Shown here: positions 26,438 to 35,795 of the stretch, piece by piece
How positions within the stretch are numbered: position 1 is the stretch's first letter
Layout: every line of letters begins with the position of its first letter
Source: Gemmatimonadota bacterium
Lineage (GTDB): Bacteria; Gemmatimonadota; Gemmatimonadetes; Longimicrobiales; RSA9
DNA length: 46,364 nt
NCBI GenBank assembly: GCA_040905425.1
Contig: JBBDRO010000024.1
Coordinates: 5,719-52,082, forward strand
Direction: 5' to 3'
Translations under genes and position numbers: made by a program
Notes under the pieces: model-generated
What the model was told of the DNA's origin: nothing
Database searches by the model: none
Seen by the model: only the letters and a program-made list of their open reading frames with translations

Positions 26438-27856
26438 TCAGTGGGCCACGGCCTCCGCGGTCCGGTCTGCCTCGGCTGCAGGCATGTCGTGGGCGCGCTG
26501 GCCACGTCCGCTCAGCCCGATGATGTTGGCACCCTTCACGTCCCTGGTGGCATTGCGCGTGTCCACCACCGGGCAGGACAACTCGGCGAGCAGCGCGTAG
26601 TCCACGCCGGCGTGATCGGTGGTGATGAGCACGCAGTCCGCCGCTTCCAGTTCAGCGGCCGAGTACGGAACGCTCCGCCGCACCAGGCCGTCCTCCCGCA
26701 CCTCAGGCACGTGCGGATCATGGTAGCGGACGTCCGCGCCCTTTTCCTCCAGTAGCCGGATGATGTCCAGCGCCGGGCTCTCGCGCACGTCATCGATGTT
26801 GGGCTTGTAAGCCACGCCGAGGACCAGGACACGGCTCCCCTTGAGCGCCCGGGAGCGCTCGTTCAGTGCGTCCCGGACCTTTTCGAGGACGAACCTGGGC
26901 ATCTCACTGTTGATCTCGCCCGCCAGCTCCACCATCCGTGTCCGGTAGTTGAGCGTCTTCATCTTCCAGGCCAGGTAGTGCGGATCCAGGGGAATGCAGT
27001 GGCCGCCGATGCCCGGCCCGGGCACGAACTTCATGAAGCCGAACGGCTTGCTGGCCGCGGCGTCGATGACCTCGAAGATGTCCACGCCCAGGCGATCCGC
27101 CACCTGCGCCATCTCGTTGACCAGGGCAATGTTGATGGAGCGGAAGGTGTTCTCGAGCAGCTTGGCCAGCTCGGCCGCCTCGGTGGAACTTACGGGCACC
27201 ACGGTTTCCATGACCCTCCCGTAGAGCGCCATGCCCATGTCCAGGCACGTGGGCGTGATTCCCCCTAGCACCTTCGGCGTGTTCTGGATGCCCCACCGTT
27301 CGTTACCTGGATCCACGCGCTCGGGACTGAAGCAGAGGAAGAAATCCCGCCCCACACGCAGCTCCCCGCTCTCCAGCACCGGCAGCATGAGTTCCCGCGT
27401 GGTGCCCGGATACGTGGTGGACTCCAGGATCACGAGCTGGCCCGCCCTCAGGGTGGCACCGACGGCCTCCGTGGCCGCCACCACATAGCTGACGTCCGGA
27501 TCACGGGTCTTCGAGAGGGGCGTCGGGACGCAGATGATGATGGCGTCACAGTCCACCAGCTCACCGGCATCCGTGGTAGCCCTGAGCGAGCCCGCCGACA
27601 CCAGCGCGGCCACCTCGGCCGAGGTCACGTCCTTTACATGGGACCGCCCGTTGTTCACGCCGTCCGCCACCGCCTGGGTCACGTCCAGCCCCACCACCTC
27701 GAAACCGGCACGCGCCATGGCCACGGCCAGCGGAAGGCCCACGTAGCCCAACCCCACCACGGCACAGCGCGCCGTCCCCTCCACGAAGCGGGCTCGCAAC
27801 GCATCGGCGGACGTAGCATCGGTGGCGGTCATATCATTCGTCCCGGGAGTGATCAT
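26438..27856 (-). CDS. Nucleotide-sugar dehydrogenase (UDP-N-acetylhexosamine 6-dehydrogenase, WbpA/WecC type)
   Basis: VVGLGYVGLPLA, CVPTPL, LESTTYPGTT, SPERVDPGN, KLLENTFRSINIALVNE, GIGGHCIPLDP, GVAYKPNIDDVRESP. Confidence 0.93.
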   Translation of the reverse strand: MITPGTNDMTATDATSADALRARFVEGTARCAVVGLGYVGLPLAVAMARAGFEVVGLDVTQAVADGVNNGRSHVKDVTSAEVAALVSAGSLRATTDAGELVDCDAIIICVPTPLSKTRDPDVSYVVAATEAVGATLRAGQLVILESTTYPGTTRELMLPVLESGELRVGRDFFLCFSPERVDPGNERWGIQNTPKVLGGITPTCLDMGMALYGRVMETVVPVSSTEAAELAKLLENTFRSINIALVNEMAQVADRLGVDIFEVIDAAASKPFGFMKFVPGPGIGGHCIPLDPHYLAWKMKTLNYRTRMVELAGEINSEMPRFVLEKVRDALNERSRALKGSRVLVLGVAYKPNIDDVRESPALDIIRLLEEKGADVRYHDPHVPEVREDGLVRRSVPYSAAELEAADCVLITTDHAGVDYALLAELSCPVVDTRNATRDVKGANIIGLSGRGQRAHDMPAAEADRTAEAVAH

Positions 27857-27872
27857 GCTCTTCCATTCATTG

Positions 27873-28643
27873 TCAAAGGCCTGCCGCCGCGGCGCGAACC
27901 ACGGCGCCCACCAGTCCGGCCGCGGTATAGTCTTCGGGCATCGCGTGCACCGGGAAATCCACGTCCCGGGCGGCGGCGGCCGTGGCGGGACCGATCACGG
28001 CAACCCGCACGCGGCTCGGCCATACGGGGCACACCTCGGCCAGGCATCGTACGGTCGACGGTGACGTGAACGTCACCACGTCCAGCGCGCCGTCCCGCAG
28101 CGCGCGCGTCAGCGCGGCGGCCCCATCCCGGTCTCCCAGCGTCCGGTAGACCGCAACGTCCTCCACATTCGCGCCCGCTTCCCGCAACAGCGCGGGCAGC
28201 TCCTCACGTCCGATGGCCGAGCGGGGCAGAAGCACGCGAGCGCCGGCCAGTGGCAGCGATTCAGCCATCGCCTCCGGCAGCGTCCGGCCCGCATATTCGC
28301 CGGGAACGGTATCCACCGCAATGCCCGCTGTGCGCAGCGCGTCGGCCGTCGTGGGTCCGACGGCTGCCACGCGGGGCATCCCGGGGTGAAAAACGCTCCC
28401 CACAGCCGCCGCTGCCGCGGCGAATGCGGTGACGGCGTTGACGGAGGTGAACACCACCCAGTCGAAGGTTGCGAGCCCCCGCGCGGCCTGCCGTACCGCC
28501 TCCTCGTCCGCCGGCGGGGCCACACGAATCAGCGGGTGTACGGCAACCTCTGCACCGAGTGCACGCAGGCCGTCCACGAGTTCCGCCGCGGAGTCCTCCG
28601 GACGCGTGACGGCCACCCGGACGCCGTGCAGCGGAAGCGCCAT
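27873..28643 (-). CDS. hemD: Uroporphyrinogen-III synthase
   Basis: VAVTRP, WVVFTSVNAV, AAVGPTTA, LLPRS, VYRT, TFTSPSTV, VIGPATA. Confidence 0.9.
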   Translation of the reverse strand: MALPLHGVRVAVTRPEDSAAELVDGLRALGAEVAVHPLIRVAPPADEEAVRQAARGLATFDWVVFTSVNAVTAFAAAAAAVGSVFHPGMPRVAAVGPTTADALRTAGIAVDTVPGEYAGRTLPEAMAESLPLAGARVLLPRSAIGREELPALLREAGANVEDVAVYRTLGDRDGAAALTRALRDGALDVVTFTSPSTVRCLAEVCPVWPSRVRVAVIGPATAAAARDVDFPVHAMPEDYTAAGLVGAVVRAAAAGL

Positions 28644-28690
28644 TGGCGAGCCATCCGGAGTTCCGGTCGTGTGCGTACCTCCCCCGCGGC

Positions 28691-29935
28691 TCAGGCTTCG
28701 GTCGTGATCTCCGCCACGCCACCCGGTGGCACCCGCGGGGCGTCCGGCAGCGGCGGGAAGAGCGTCTTGAGGAGTGGCGGCGCCAGGAACGTGGTCACCA
28801 TCACCATGAGGGTCAGGGCGCTGAACATGCCCGCATCCAGGACGCCCGTGGTGAGGCCCATCTGGGCAAAGATCAGCCCCACTTCGCCGCGCGGCATCAT
28901 GCCGACGCCGATGACCAGCTTCTTGCCCTCGAACCACCAGGGAGCGTAGCCCGCGGCCACCTTGCCCAGGATGGCTACGGCGATGAGCGCGCCACCGACG
29001 GTGAGCACCATGGGATCCGCGAAGGTGCGAACATCCACCGCCGCGCCCACGGCCACGAAGAAAATAGGCACGAAGAACAGACTGAGGCGCGTAACGCCGT
29101 GTTCGATGGCATGGGCGTGCCGGGTCGGCTGCAACACCAGGCCAGCGGCGAACGCGCCGATGATCAGCGCCGAGCCAACGGCATCGGCCAGGTACGCAAT
29201 GAGGAACGCGAATGCCAGCGCCATGGTGGCCAGCGTCTCCTCCTTGCCGATGCGGGCCAGCAGATCAAACACGGGCGGGACGATGAAGCGGCCGGCGAGC
29301 AGCACCACACCCACGAAACCGAAGGCCACCAGTGTCACGAAGCTCACACTGCCCACCGTGACGGTGCCACCTTCCACGATCTTGCTCACCACGCCCAGGA
29401 TGATGAGGCCGATAATGTCATCGATGACCGCCGCGCCCAGGATGATCTGGCTTTCCTTGGCCTGCAGGCGGCCCAGGTCGGAGAGGACCCGGGCCGTGAT
29501 GCCCACGGATGTGGCGGTGAGCGCCGCGCCCGCCACAACGGCCGGCAGGGTCCCCATGCCGAGGGCGTGCGCCACCCAGTAGCCCGCCGCGAAGGGAAGC
29601 ACCACACCCACGAGCGCCACCGCGGCGGAAGCGCCGCCCACCTGGAGCAGCCGCTTCAGATCCGTCTCGAGGCCGATCTGGAAGAGCAGCAGCACCACAC
29701 CCACCTCGGCGAGCAGGTGGATGATGGAGATGCCAGGATCGACCACACCCAGGACCGAGCCGCCGAGCAGGACGCCCGCAAGCAGTTCGCCGAGGACGGC
29801 GGGCTGCCCGAACCGCTCCGCCAACTCGCCGAGCAGCTTGGCCGATACGAGGATGGCAATGAGAACGAAAAGGAACTCGGGGACCGACAGCGCCCCGTCG
29901 GCGGCAGCCGCGGCGGCCGGTGCTGCGACGACCAT
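28691..29935 (-). CDS. Cation:proton antiporter (CPA2, NapA/KefB-like membrane domain only)
   Basis: GAGGAG RBS; many TM helices; GQPAVLGELLAG, GLETD, ATSVGIT, AAVIDD, GMMPRGEV. Confidence 0.92.
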   Translation of the reverse strand: MVVAAPAAAAAADGALSVPEFLFVLIAILVSAKLLGELAERFGQPAVLGELLAGVLLGGSVLGVVDPGISIIHLLAEVGVVLLLFQIGLETDLKRLLQVGGASAAVALVGVVLPFAAGYWVAHALGMGTLPAVVAGAALTATSVGITARVLSDLGRLQAKESQIILGAAVIDDIIGLIILGVVSKIVEGGTVTVGSVSFVTLVAFGFVGVVLLAGRFIVPPVFDLLARIGKEETLATMALAFAFLIAYLADAVGSALIIGAFAAGLVLQPTRHAHAIEHGVTRLSLFFVPIFFVAVGAAVDVRTFADPMVLTVGGALIAVAILGKVAAGYAPWWFEGKKLVIGVGMMPRGEVGLIFAQMGLTTGVLDAGMFSALTLMVMVTTFLAPPLLKTLFPPLPDAPRVPPGGVAEITTEA

Positions 29936-29966
29936 TTCTACTCCTCAGAGGGGTCAGGTTCCTGGC

Positions 29967-30005
29967 AAATTAAGCGGGCCCGGCACCTGCTGGTGCCGGG
30001 CCCGC
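29967..30005 (-). terminator. Rho-independent terminator after rpmB
   Basis: Perfect 14-bp stem GCGGGCCCGGCACC-agca-GGTGCCGGGCCCGC followed by TTAATTT on the - strand. Confidence 0.8.
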
Positions 30006-30025
30006 CGATCCGGCATAGCCGCAGT

Positions 30026-30220
30026 CTAGCCAGCCTTGCGAATCTTGCCGGCGGAGATGCAGCGCGTGCAGACCCGAACGTGCTTGGGGTCCCCGTCCGC
30101 TGTCAAGATGCGCACGCGACGCAGATTGGGGAGCCAGCGCCGCCGCGTCTTATTGTTCGCGTGACTGACATTCTTTCCGAAAACGGTCTTCTTGCCGCAG
30201 ACATGGCAGACGCGGGCCAT
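30026..30220 (-). CDS. rpmB: 50S ribosomal protein L28
   Basis: [11 protein letters not shown]...[16 protein letters not shown]...VCTRC. Confidence 0.96.
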   Translation of the reverse strand: MARVCHVCGKKTVFGKNVSHANNKTRRRWLPNLRRVRILTADGDPKHVRVCTRCISAGKIRKAG

Positions 30221-30236
30221 CGTGCTTCTCCTGGGT

Positions 30237-30791
30237 TTACTGACCGGTGGTCGCCGGCTCGGCCGCGGGCGCAGCCTCGGCCGGAGCGATCTCACGGGCC
30301 TGAATGTAGTGCGTTGCAAATTCGGCCTGGAGCAGATTCCCCCCGGCCATGAACCCGGTCTCACGCCACTGCTCGATGTTCGCGGGCGACTGCTCCCAGA
30401 AATGACCGGTGATGCGGACCTCCGCCCCGCTACGGACGGCGGCGCCGTCCCGCAGGGTGAATTCTGGCGCCTTCACGACCAGGAAGGGCCCGGTCTCACC
30501 CTCGATCCAGAAAGCACTTTCCCCCATCACCGAGGTGATGGTGGCCGAAGGGAGTTGGACCTCCTCCGCCAGGTACTCGCCGGGGTTTCCGGCCAGTTCG
30601 GCCAGCGTAACGGATTGCACTTCGGCCTCGGCGGCCTGGGCCGCCGCGTCCTCTTCCGACACGACCACCTGGGAAGGCTCGCTGCTCACGGAAACCCACC
30701 AGAAAAACAGGGCTGTGGCCGCGATCCCCACACCCATCCACAGCCACGTCATCGTAGCCGGGCCGCCCTTTTCCGCCTTCGTGTTCGCCAT
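30237..30791 (-). CDS. Hypothetical single-pass membrane-anchored protein (possible OB-fold extracytoplasmic domain)
   Basis: [10 protein letters not shown]; one N-terminal hydrophobic helix; acidic beta-rich domain; fills the rplQ-rpmB gap. Confidence 0.75.
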   Translation of the reverse strand: MANTKAEKGGPATMTWLWMGVGIAATALFFWWVSVSSEPSQVVVSEEDAAAQAAEAEVQSVTLAELAGNPGEYLAEEVQLPSATITSVMGESAFWIEGETGPFLVVKAPEFTLRDGAAVRSGAEVRITGHFWEQSPANIEQWRETGFMAGGNLLQAEFATHYIQAREIAPAEAAPAAEPATTGQ

Positions 30792-30872
30792 CGGTCGCCA
30801 CTCCCTCGTGGTCAGATCAGGTCGTTGTTCGCTCGCCGGAGTCGGGCGTCATTCGTTCGCCCGACGGAGAGA

Positions 30873-31226
30873 CTAATCGACCAGTTCTATCAGCGCCATG
30901 TCGGCCGCGTCGCCGGACCGGTGCCCGAGCTGCAGGACGCGGGTGTATCCACCAGGCCGCTCCTGGTAGCGCGGCCCGATCTCGGCGAACAGCTTGGCCA
31001 GCGCCTCCGGGTCCTGGATCTGCCTGGCGACCAGACGCCGTGCGTGCAGATCACCGCGCTTTGCCTTGGTGATCAGCGGCTCCGCGAAGCGCCGCAGTTC
31101 CTTTGCCTTGGCCGTCGTGGTCTCCAGCCGCTCGTGCAGGAAAAGCGATGACGCCATGTTGCGCATCATGGCCCGCCGGTGCTCCGCGGTGCGGGAGAAG
31201 TGACGCCCCTTTTTCCGGTGCCTCAT
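30873..31226 (-). CDS. rplQ: 50S ribosomal protein L17
   Basis: MRHRKKGRHFSRTAEHR...TTTAKAKE...RPGGYTR. Confidence 0.97.
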   Translation of the reverse strand: MRHRKKGRHFSRTAEHRRAMMRNMASSLFLHERLETTTAKAKELRRFAEPLITKAKRGDLHARRLVARQIQDPEALAKLFAEIGPRYQERPGGYTRVLQLGHRSGDAADMALIELVD

Positions 31227-31232
31227 GGACTG

Positions 31233-32291
31233 CTACTCCTCCTCGGCGCCTTCGGCGATCTCTGCGGACTCGGTAGCGGACTCCTCCACCAGGAAGATCT
31301 CCCCATCCTCGCCGTCCTCGAGCTTCATGCCGAAATGCAGGTTGTGCTCGTTCAGGAACTGCCGGATCTCCTCGAGCGACTTGATGCCGAAGTTCTCGAT
31401 GTCGAGCATCTGGTCCTCGGTGCGCTGCACGAGGTCACCCAGGGTGATGATGTTCTCCTTCTTCAGCGAATTCACGGAGCGGACGGAAAGCTCGGCGAGT
31501 TCGTCGATCGGCCGGCGGAACAGGTCACGCAACGGCGACGGCACGCGAACAGCCCCCGCCACCGACGTGGACGCGGCCGACGGCTCCACGAAGCGCAGCA
31601 GGTACTCCAGGTGCCGGCGCGCGAGCTCGGCGCCCTGCCCCACCGCCTCTTCGGGCGTGAGACTGCCGTTGGTCTCCACCTCGATGCTCAGACGATCGAA
31701 ATCGGTGCGCTGCCCAACGCGCGTCTCGGCAACGGCGAAATTTGCGCGCAGCACCGGATTGTAGATCGAGTCCACACGCACCAGATCCACCGGGCTGCCC
31801 TTGGGGATCTCGTGGGTCTCCGCCTGCACGAAACCCCGTCCCCGGTTCACGTACAGCGCCATGTTGACCTCGCGGTCATCCTGCAGCGTGAAGAGGTGGT
31901 GATCCTCGTTCAGGATGCGCACCGAGCCCGTCTTCTCGATGGCACGGGCCGTAACGGGCCCGGCGGACGTGGCGCGCAGCTCCAGCGTCACCTCCTCCTT
32001 GTCATCCTCCAGGCTCAGCACCAGCGTCTTCAGATTCTGAATGATCTGGTGTATGTCCTCGACCACGCCCGTCACCGTCTGATGCTCGTGCAGTACCCCG
32101 TCCATGCGGAACGCCCAGACGGCGGAACCCCGGAGCGAGGAGAGCATGATGCGCCGGATGGTGTTGCCGAGCGTCTGGCCGTAGCCGCGCTCGAGGGGCG
32201 TGATGACGAACTGCGCCGAATGCCCGTCGTCAGACTTGCTGGCGACTTCGACGCGCTGCGGCAGCACCAGTCCTGTAAGATCCAGCTCCAC
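31233..32291 (-). CDS. rpoA: DNA-directed RNA polymerase subunit alpha
   Basis: PLERGYGQTLGNTIRR, GVVEDI, TRVGQRTDFDRL, ELSVRSVNSL, NFGIKSL. Confidence 0.98.
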   Translation of the reverse strand: MELDLTGLVLPQRVEVASKSDDGHSAQFVITPLERGYGQTLGNTIRRIMLSSLRGSAVWAFRMDGVLHEHQTVTGVVEDIHQIIQNLKTLVLSLEDDKEEVTLELRATSAGPVTARAIEKTGSVRILNEDHHLFTLQDDREVNMALYVNRGRGFVQAETHEIPKGSPVDLVRVDSIYNPVLRANFAVAETRVGQRTDFDRLSIEVETNGSLTPEEAVGQGAELARRHLEYLLRFVEPSAASTSVAGAVRVPSPLRDLFRRPIDELAELSVRSVNSLKKENIITLGDLVQRTEDQMLDIENFGIKSLEEIRQFLNEHNLHFGMKLEDGEDGEIFLVEESATESAEIAEGAEEE

Positions 32292-32431
32292 TGTTTACCT
32301 CCCCGGCCAGTGGCCGGTGATCGGCCGCGCATCCGCGTATCGGCGGGTGCACGGCCCGGGGTCTTGTTCCAGATCGAGTGGCGTTCCGGCGGGACGCCTG
32401 ATGGCGCCCCGCCCGACGCCCCCGTTGGCTT

Positions 32432-33067
32432 CTACTTCGAGTACAGCTCCACGATGAGCTGTTCCTGCACCGCGAGTGGGATGTCCTCGCGGGTGGGGCG
32501 CTCCAGCATCCGACCGGTGCGCGTAGCCTCGTCCACCGCCAACCAGCGAACCGTGGTGGGCCGGGTCTTGGACTCGAGCGCGGCTTGAACCGGGAGGATG
32601 TCCTTGGACTTGGCCCGGACCTTGACCTCGTCGCCGGGACGCACCTGATAGCTCGGCACGTCGACCACGTGTCCGTTCACCTCAATATGGCGATGGCGGA
32701 CGATCTGGCGGGCCTGCTTGCGGCTCGCGCCGAACCCGAGCCGGTAGACCACGTTGTCCAGGCGGGATTCCAGACCCACGAGGAGGTTCTCACCCGTGAC
32801 GCCCTGCTGGCGCGCGGCTACTTCGAAGAGCGTCTTGAAGTAGCGCTCCGCCACCCCGTAAATCCGCTTGACCTTCTGCTTCTCACGGAGCTGCATGGAA
32901 TATTCGGACGCCTTGCGGCGGCGGCCGGCCTGCACGCCGTGTTGCCCGGGAGGGTAGTTGCGGCGCTCGATGGGGCACTTCTCGGTGTAGCACTTGGTGC
33001 CCTTCAGGAACAGCTTCTGCCCCTCGCGGCGGCAGAGCTTACAAACGGGACCGGTATAACGAGCCAT
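32432..33067 (-). CDS. rpsD: 30S ribosomal protein S4
   Basis: MARYTGPVCKLCRREG, QLREKQK, LESRLDNVVYRLGF, EQLIVELYSK. Confidence 0.98.
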   Translation of the reverse strand: MARYTGPVCKLCRREGQKLFLKGTKCYTEKCPIERRNYPPGQHGVQAGRRRKASEYSMQLREKQKVKRIYGVAERYFKTLFEVAARQQGVTGENLLVGLESRLDNVVYRLGFGASRKQARQIVRHRHIEVNGHVVDVPSYQVRPGDEVKVRAKSKDILPVQAALESKTRPTTVRWLAVDEATRTGRMLERPTREDIPLAVQEQLIVELYSK

Positions 33068-33220
33068 ACTGACCGTCTCTCCAGTGTGTCACATGATCGA
33101 GGACTTCGTCCCGCCCGGACGGAGGGGCGGTTTACATCCATTTGCGGCGCCCGTTCGGACACCGCGCATCCTGCGGACCGGGACCGTCCCCTCGAGGTCG
33201 ACCCGGCCGGCATCCGTTCG

Positions 33221-33616
33221 TCAGACGCGCCGCTTCTTGGGCGGCCGGCAGCCGTTGTGCGGGATGGGCGTCACGTCCCGGATCGACTTCACCTGCAGGC
33301 CGGCCGATGCCAGGGCCTGAATGGCGCTCTCCCGCCCGCTGCCCGGACCCTGCACGCGCACGTGCACGCGCTTCATCCCCATGTTCACCGCGTCACGGCC
33401 CACCTGCTCACCCGCCACGGTGGCGGCGAACGGCGTGGACTTCTTGGACCCCTTGAAGCCCGCCTTGCCGGCGCTCCCCCACGCCACCACGTTCCCCTGC
33501 GAGTCCGCGATGGTGATGAGCGTGTTGTTGAAGGTGGCCTTCACGTAGGCAATGCCTTCGGCTTCTACATTCTTCCGCGCCCGCTTGGTGCGCGCGCCCT
33601 TCTTCGGTGTGGCCAT
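33221..33616 (-). CDS. rpsK: 30S ribosomal protein S11
   Basis: [44 protein letters not shown]. Confidence 0.98.
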   Translation of the reverse strand: MATPKKGARTKRARKNVEAEGIAYVKATFNNTLITIADSQGNVVAWGSAGKAGFKGSKKSTPFAATVAGEQVGRDAVNMGMKRVHVRVQGPGSGRESAIQALASAGLQVKSIRDVTPIPHNGCRPPKKRRV

Positions 33617-33688
33617 CCCGTTCCGTTCGGCTGAGGGTTCTCGCGGCGCTGGGTCCTGCACCGGCACGCGTGGTGCCGGCGGAGGGAC

Positions 33689-34069
33689 CTACTTCCGCGG
33701 CGCCTTCTTCTTGCCCGCGATGGCGCGCCGCGACCCCTTGTGCGTGCGCGCGTTGGTGTGCGTCCTCTGTCCGCGCACCGGCAGTCCACGGCGATGCCGC
33801 AGCCCGCGATAGCAACCAATGTCCATAAGCCGCTTGATGTTCATGGAGACCTCGGTACGAAGCGCGCCTTCCACCTTGTACCGATTCTCGATGATCCGGC
33901 GCAGCCGGTTGACCTCGTCGTCGGTAAGGTCGTGCACCCGACGGTCCGCGTTCACCGCGGCTTCCTCGATGATCTTTCGGGCCGTGGAGTCCCCGATCCC
34001 GAAGATATAGGTCAACGCCACCTCGACCCGCTTGTTACGCGGGAGGTCCACACCTGCGATTCGCGCCAT
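33689..34069 (-). CDS. rpsM: 30S ribosomal protein S13
   Basis: [10 protein letters not shown]...ALTYIFGIG...[23 protein letters not shown]. Confidence 0.98.
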   Translation of the reverse strand: MARIAGVDLPRNKRVEVALTYIFGIGDSTARKIIEEAAVNADRRVHDLTDDEVNRLRRIIENRYKVEGALRTEVSMNIKRLMDIGCYRGLRHRRGLPVRGQRTHTNARTHKGSRRAIAGKKKAPRK

Positions 34070-34073
34070 TCTC

Positions 34074-34190
34074 TTATCCTTGCCGCTGCTTGTGCCGCGG
34101 ATTCTTCTTGCAGATGATGCGCACCACGCCGGAGCGCCTGATCACCCGGCAATGCTCGCAGATCGGCTTCACACTGCTTCGAACCTTCAT
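34074..34190 (-). CDS. rpmJ: 50S ribosomal protein L36 (not in the ORF track)
   Basis: Manual translation: [48 protein letters not shown]. Confidence 0.97.
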   Translation of the reverse strand: MKVRSSVKPICEHCRVIRRSGVVRIICKKNPRHKQRQG

Positions 34191-34222
34191 ACCGGCTCCC
34201 CCGGTTTACTGGACAGCTTTTC

Positions 34223-34251
34223 AATATAGGCGCAACGGCCCGTCGGTTCAA
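34223..34251 (-). promoter_or_regulatory. Sigma70 promoter for the rpmJ-rpsMKD-rpoA-rplQ (alpha) operon
   Basis: TTGAAC, 17 nt, TATATT on the - strand. Confidence 0.75.
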
Positions 34252-34272
34252 GGCCTCGCGCCAGCTTCACTC

Positions 34273-35031
34273 TCACGCCGCGTCCGCACTGAGAATGCGC
34301 GGCCCATTTTCCGTCACCGCCACCGTATGTTCGAAATGCGCGCTCCGTAGTCCGTCCGCCGTCACCACCGTCCACCGGTCCTTGAGGGTGCGTACGTCGG
34401 CCACCCCTTCGTTCACCATGGGCTCGATGGCCAGCACCAGTCCGGCCTTGAGCTCAAGCCCCCGCCCCCGGCTACCGAAGTTGGGTACCTGGGGCTCCTC
34501 GTGTGGACCGCGACCGATGCCGTGACCCACGAGTTCGCGAACCACCGTAAAGCCCGCGGCCTCCGCAACTTCCTGGACGGCGGCACCCACGTCACCCAGC
34601 CGTTTCCCCGGCCTCGCCTGCTCCACGGCGGCTTCCAGCGCCCGGTGCGTCACATCCAGCAGGCGCCGGCCATCGGCGTCCACCTCACCCACGGCAAAGG
34701 TCCGTGCCGAGTCACCGAACCAGCCATCCAGCTTCACACCCGCGTCCACGCTGACCAGGTCGCCTTCCTCCAGCCGGCGCGCGGCGGTCGGAATCCCGTG
34801 CACCACCTCACGATTGACGGAGGTGCACAGCGTGGCCGGGAAACCGTACAGTCCCTTGAACGCCGGCTCCGCGCCCGCATGGGAGCGGATGAACTCCTCC
34901 GCGAAGGCATCCAGCTCCGCCGTGGTCACGCCGGGCACGACGCGCGTCCGCAGTTCGGGAAACAGGCGGCCCAGGACGGCCGCCGCCCGCCCGATGGCGT
35001 CGATCTCCGCCTCTGTCCGCAGAACGATCAC
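34273..35031 (-). CDS. map: Methionine aminopeptidase type I
   Basis: GTGA overlap start; FPATLCTSVNREVVHGIP, GDSARTF, GHGIG, AIEPMV, SAHFEHT. Confidence 0.97.
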   Translation of the reverse strand: MIVLRTEAEIDAIGRAAAVLGRLFPELRTRVVPGVTTAELDAFAEEFIRSHAGAEPAFKGLYGFPATLCTSVNREVVHGIPTAARRLEEGDLVSVDAGVKLDGWFGDSARTFAVGEVDADGRRLLDVTHRALEAAVEQARPGKRLGDVGAAVQEVAEAAGFTVVRELVGHGIGRGPHEEPQVPNFGSRGRGLELKAGLVLAIEPMVNEGVADVRTLKDRWTVVTADGLRSAHFEHTVAVTENGPRILSADAA

Positions 35032-35675
35032 AGGCCCAGGGTGCGCAGCATGTCCGCCTGTACCACTTCCGGCGGCCGGGCGCCGTCCAGCTCGTGCACC
35101 GGTGCGTCCGAGCGCGCGTAGTGCGCGAGCACCTGCGCCGTCTGCTCTCGATAGACCTCGAGGCGCCGCCTCACCGTATCCTCCTGATCGTCGGCACGCT
35201 GCGTCAGCTCGCCGCCACAACGATCACAGACCCCGGGCTCCGCCGGCGGTTCGAAGACCATGTGGTAGATGGCGCCGCAGTTGGAGCAGGAGCGCCGCCC
35301 GGTGAGCCGGCGCACCAGTTCGTCATCAGCCACCTCGAGCACCACCACCGCGTCCAGGGGCCGATCCAGTTCCCGCAAAAGCTTATCCAGCGCCTCCGCC
35401 TGCGCCACGGTGCGGGGGAACCCGTCGAAAATGAAGCCCTGGGCCGTGGGACGCTCCGCCATGAAATCGCGCACGATACCCAGGATCACGTCATCGGGCA
35501 CCAGCTCGCCGGCCGCCATCACCGCCTGGGCCCTGAGGCCCAGCGGCGTCTTCCGTCGGACCGCGTCGCGCAACAGGTCCCCCGTGGAGAGCCGCTCCAG
35601 GCCGCGCCCTGCGGCCAGCAACTCCCCCTGCGTCCCCTTCCCCGCTCCCGGTGCGCCGAACAGGATCACGTTCAT
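35028..35675 (-). CDS. adk: Adenylate kinase
   Basis: GAPGAGKGTQ, STGDLLR, FDGFPRT, Cys-containing LID (CSNC...CDRC), QRADD. Confidence 0.97.
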   Translation of the reverse strand: MNVILFGAPGAGKGTQGELLAAGRGLERLSTGDLLRDAVRRKTPLGLRAQAVMAAGELVPDDVILGIVRDFMAERPTAQGFIFDGFPRTVAQAEALDKLLRELDRPLDAVVVLEVADDELVRRLTGRRSCSNCGAIYHMVFEPPAEPGVCDRCGGELTQRADDQEDTVRRRLEVYREQTAQVLAHYARSDAPVHELDGARPPEVVQADMLRTLGL

Positions 35676-35795
35676 GTCCTCACCTCCTCACCGCCCGACA
35701 CGGGGGGACGTACACGCCCCATCCGGTTCGGGCTCCCCCCGTAGCCAGACCAGCGGACGGCCGCGCGAGTCGGCCACACCAGCTCTCTGGCCGGC

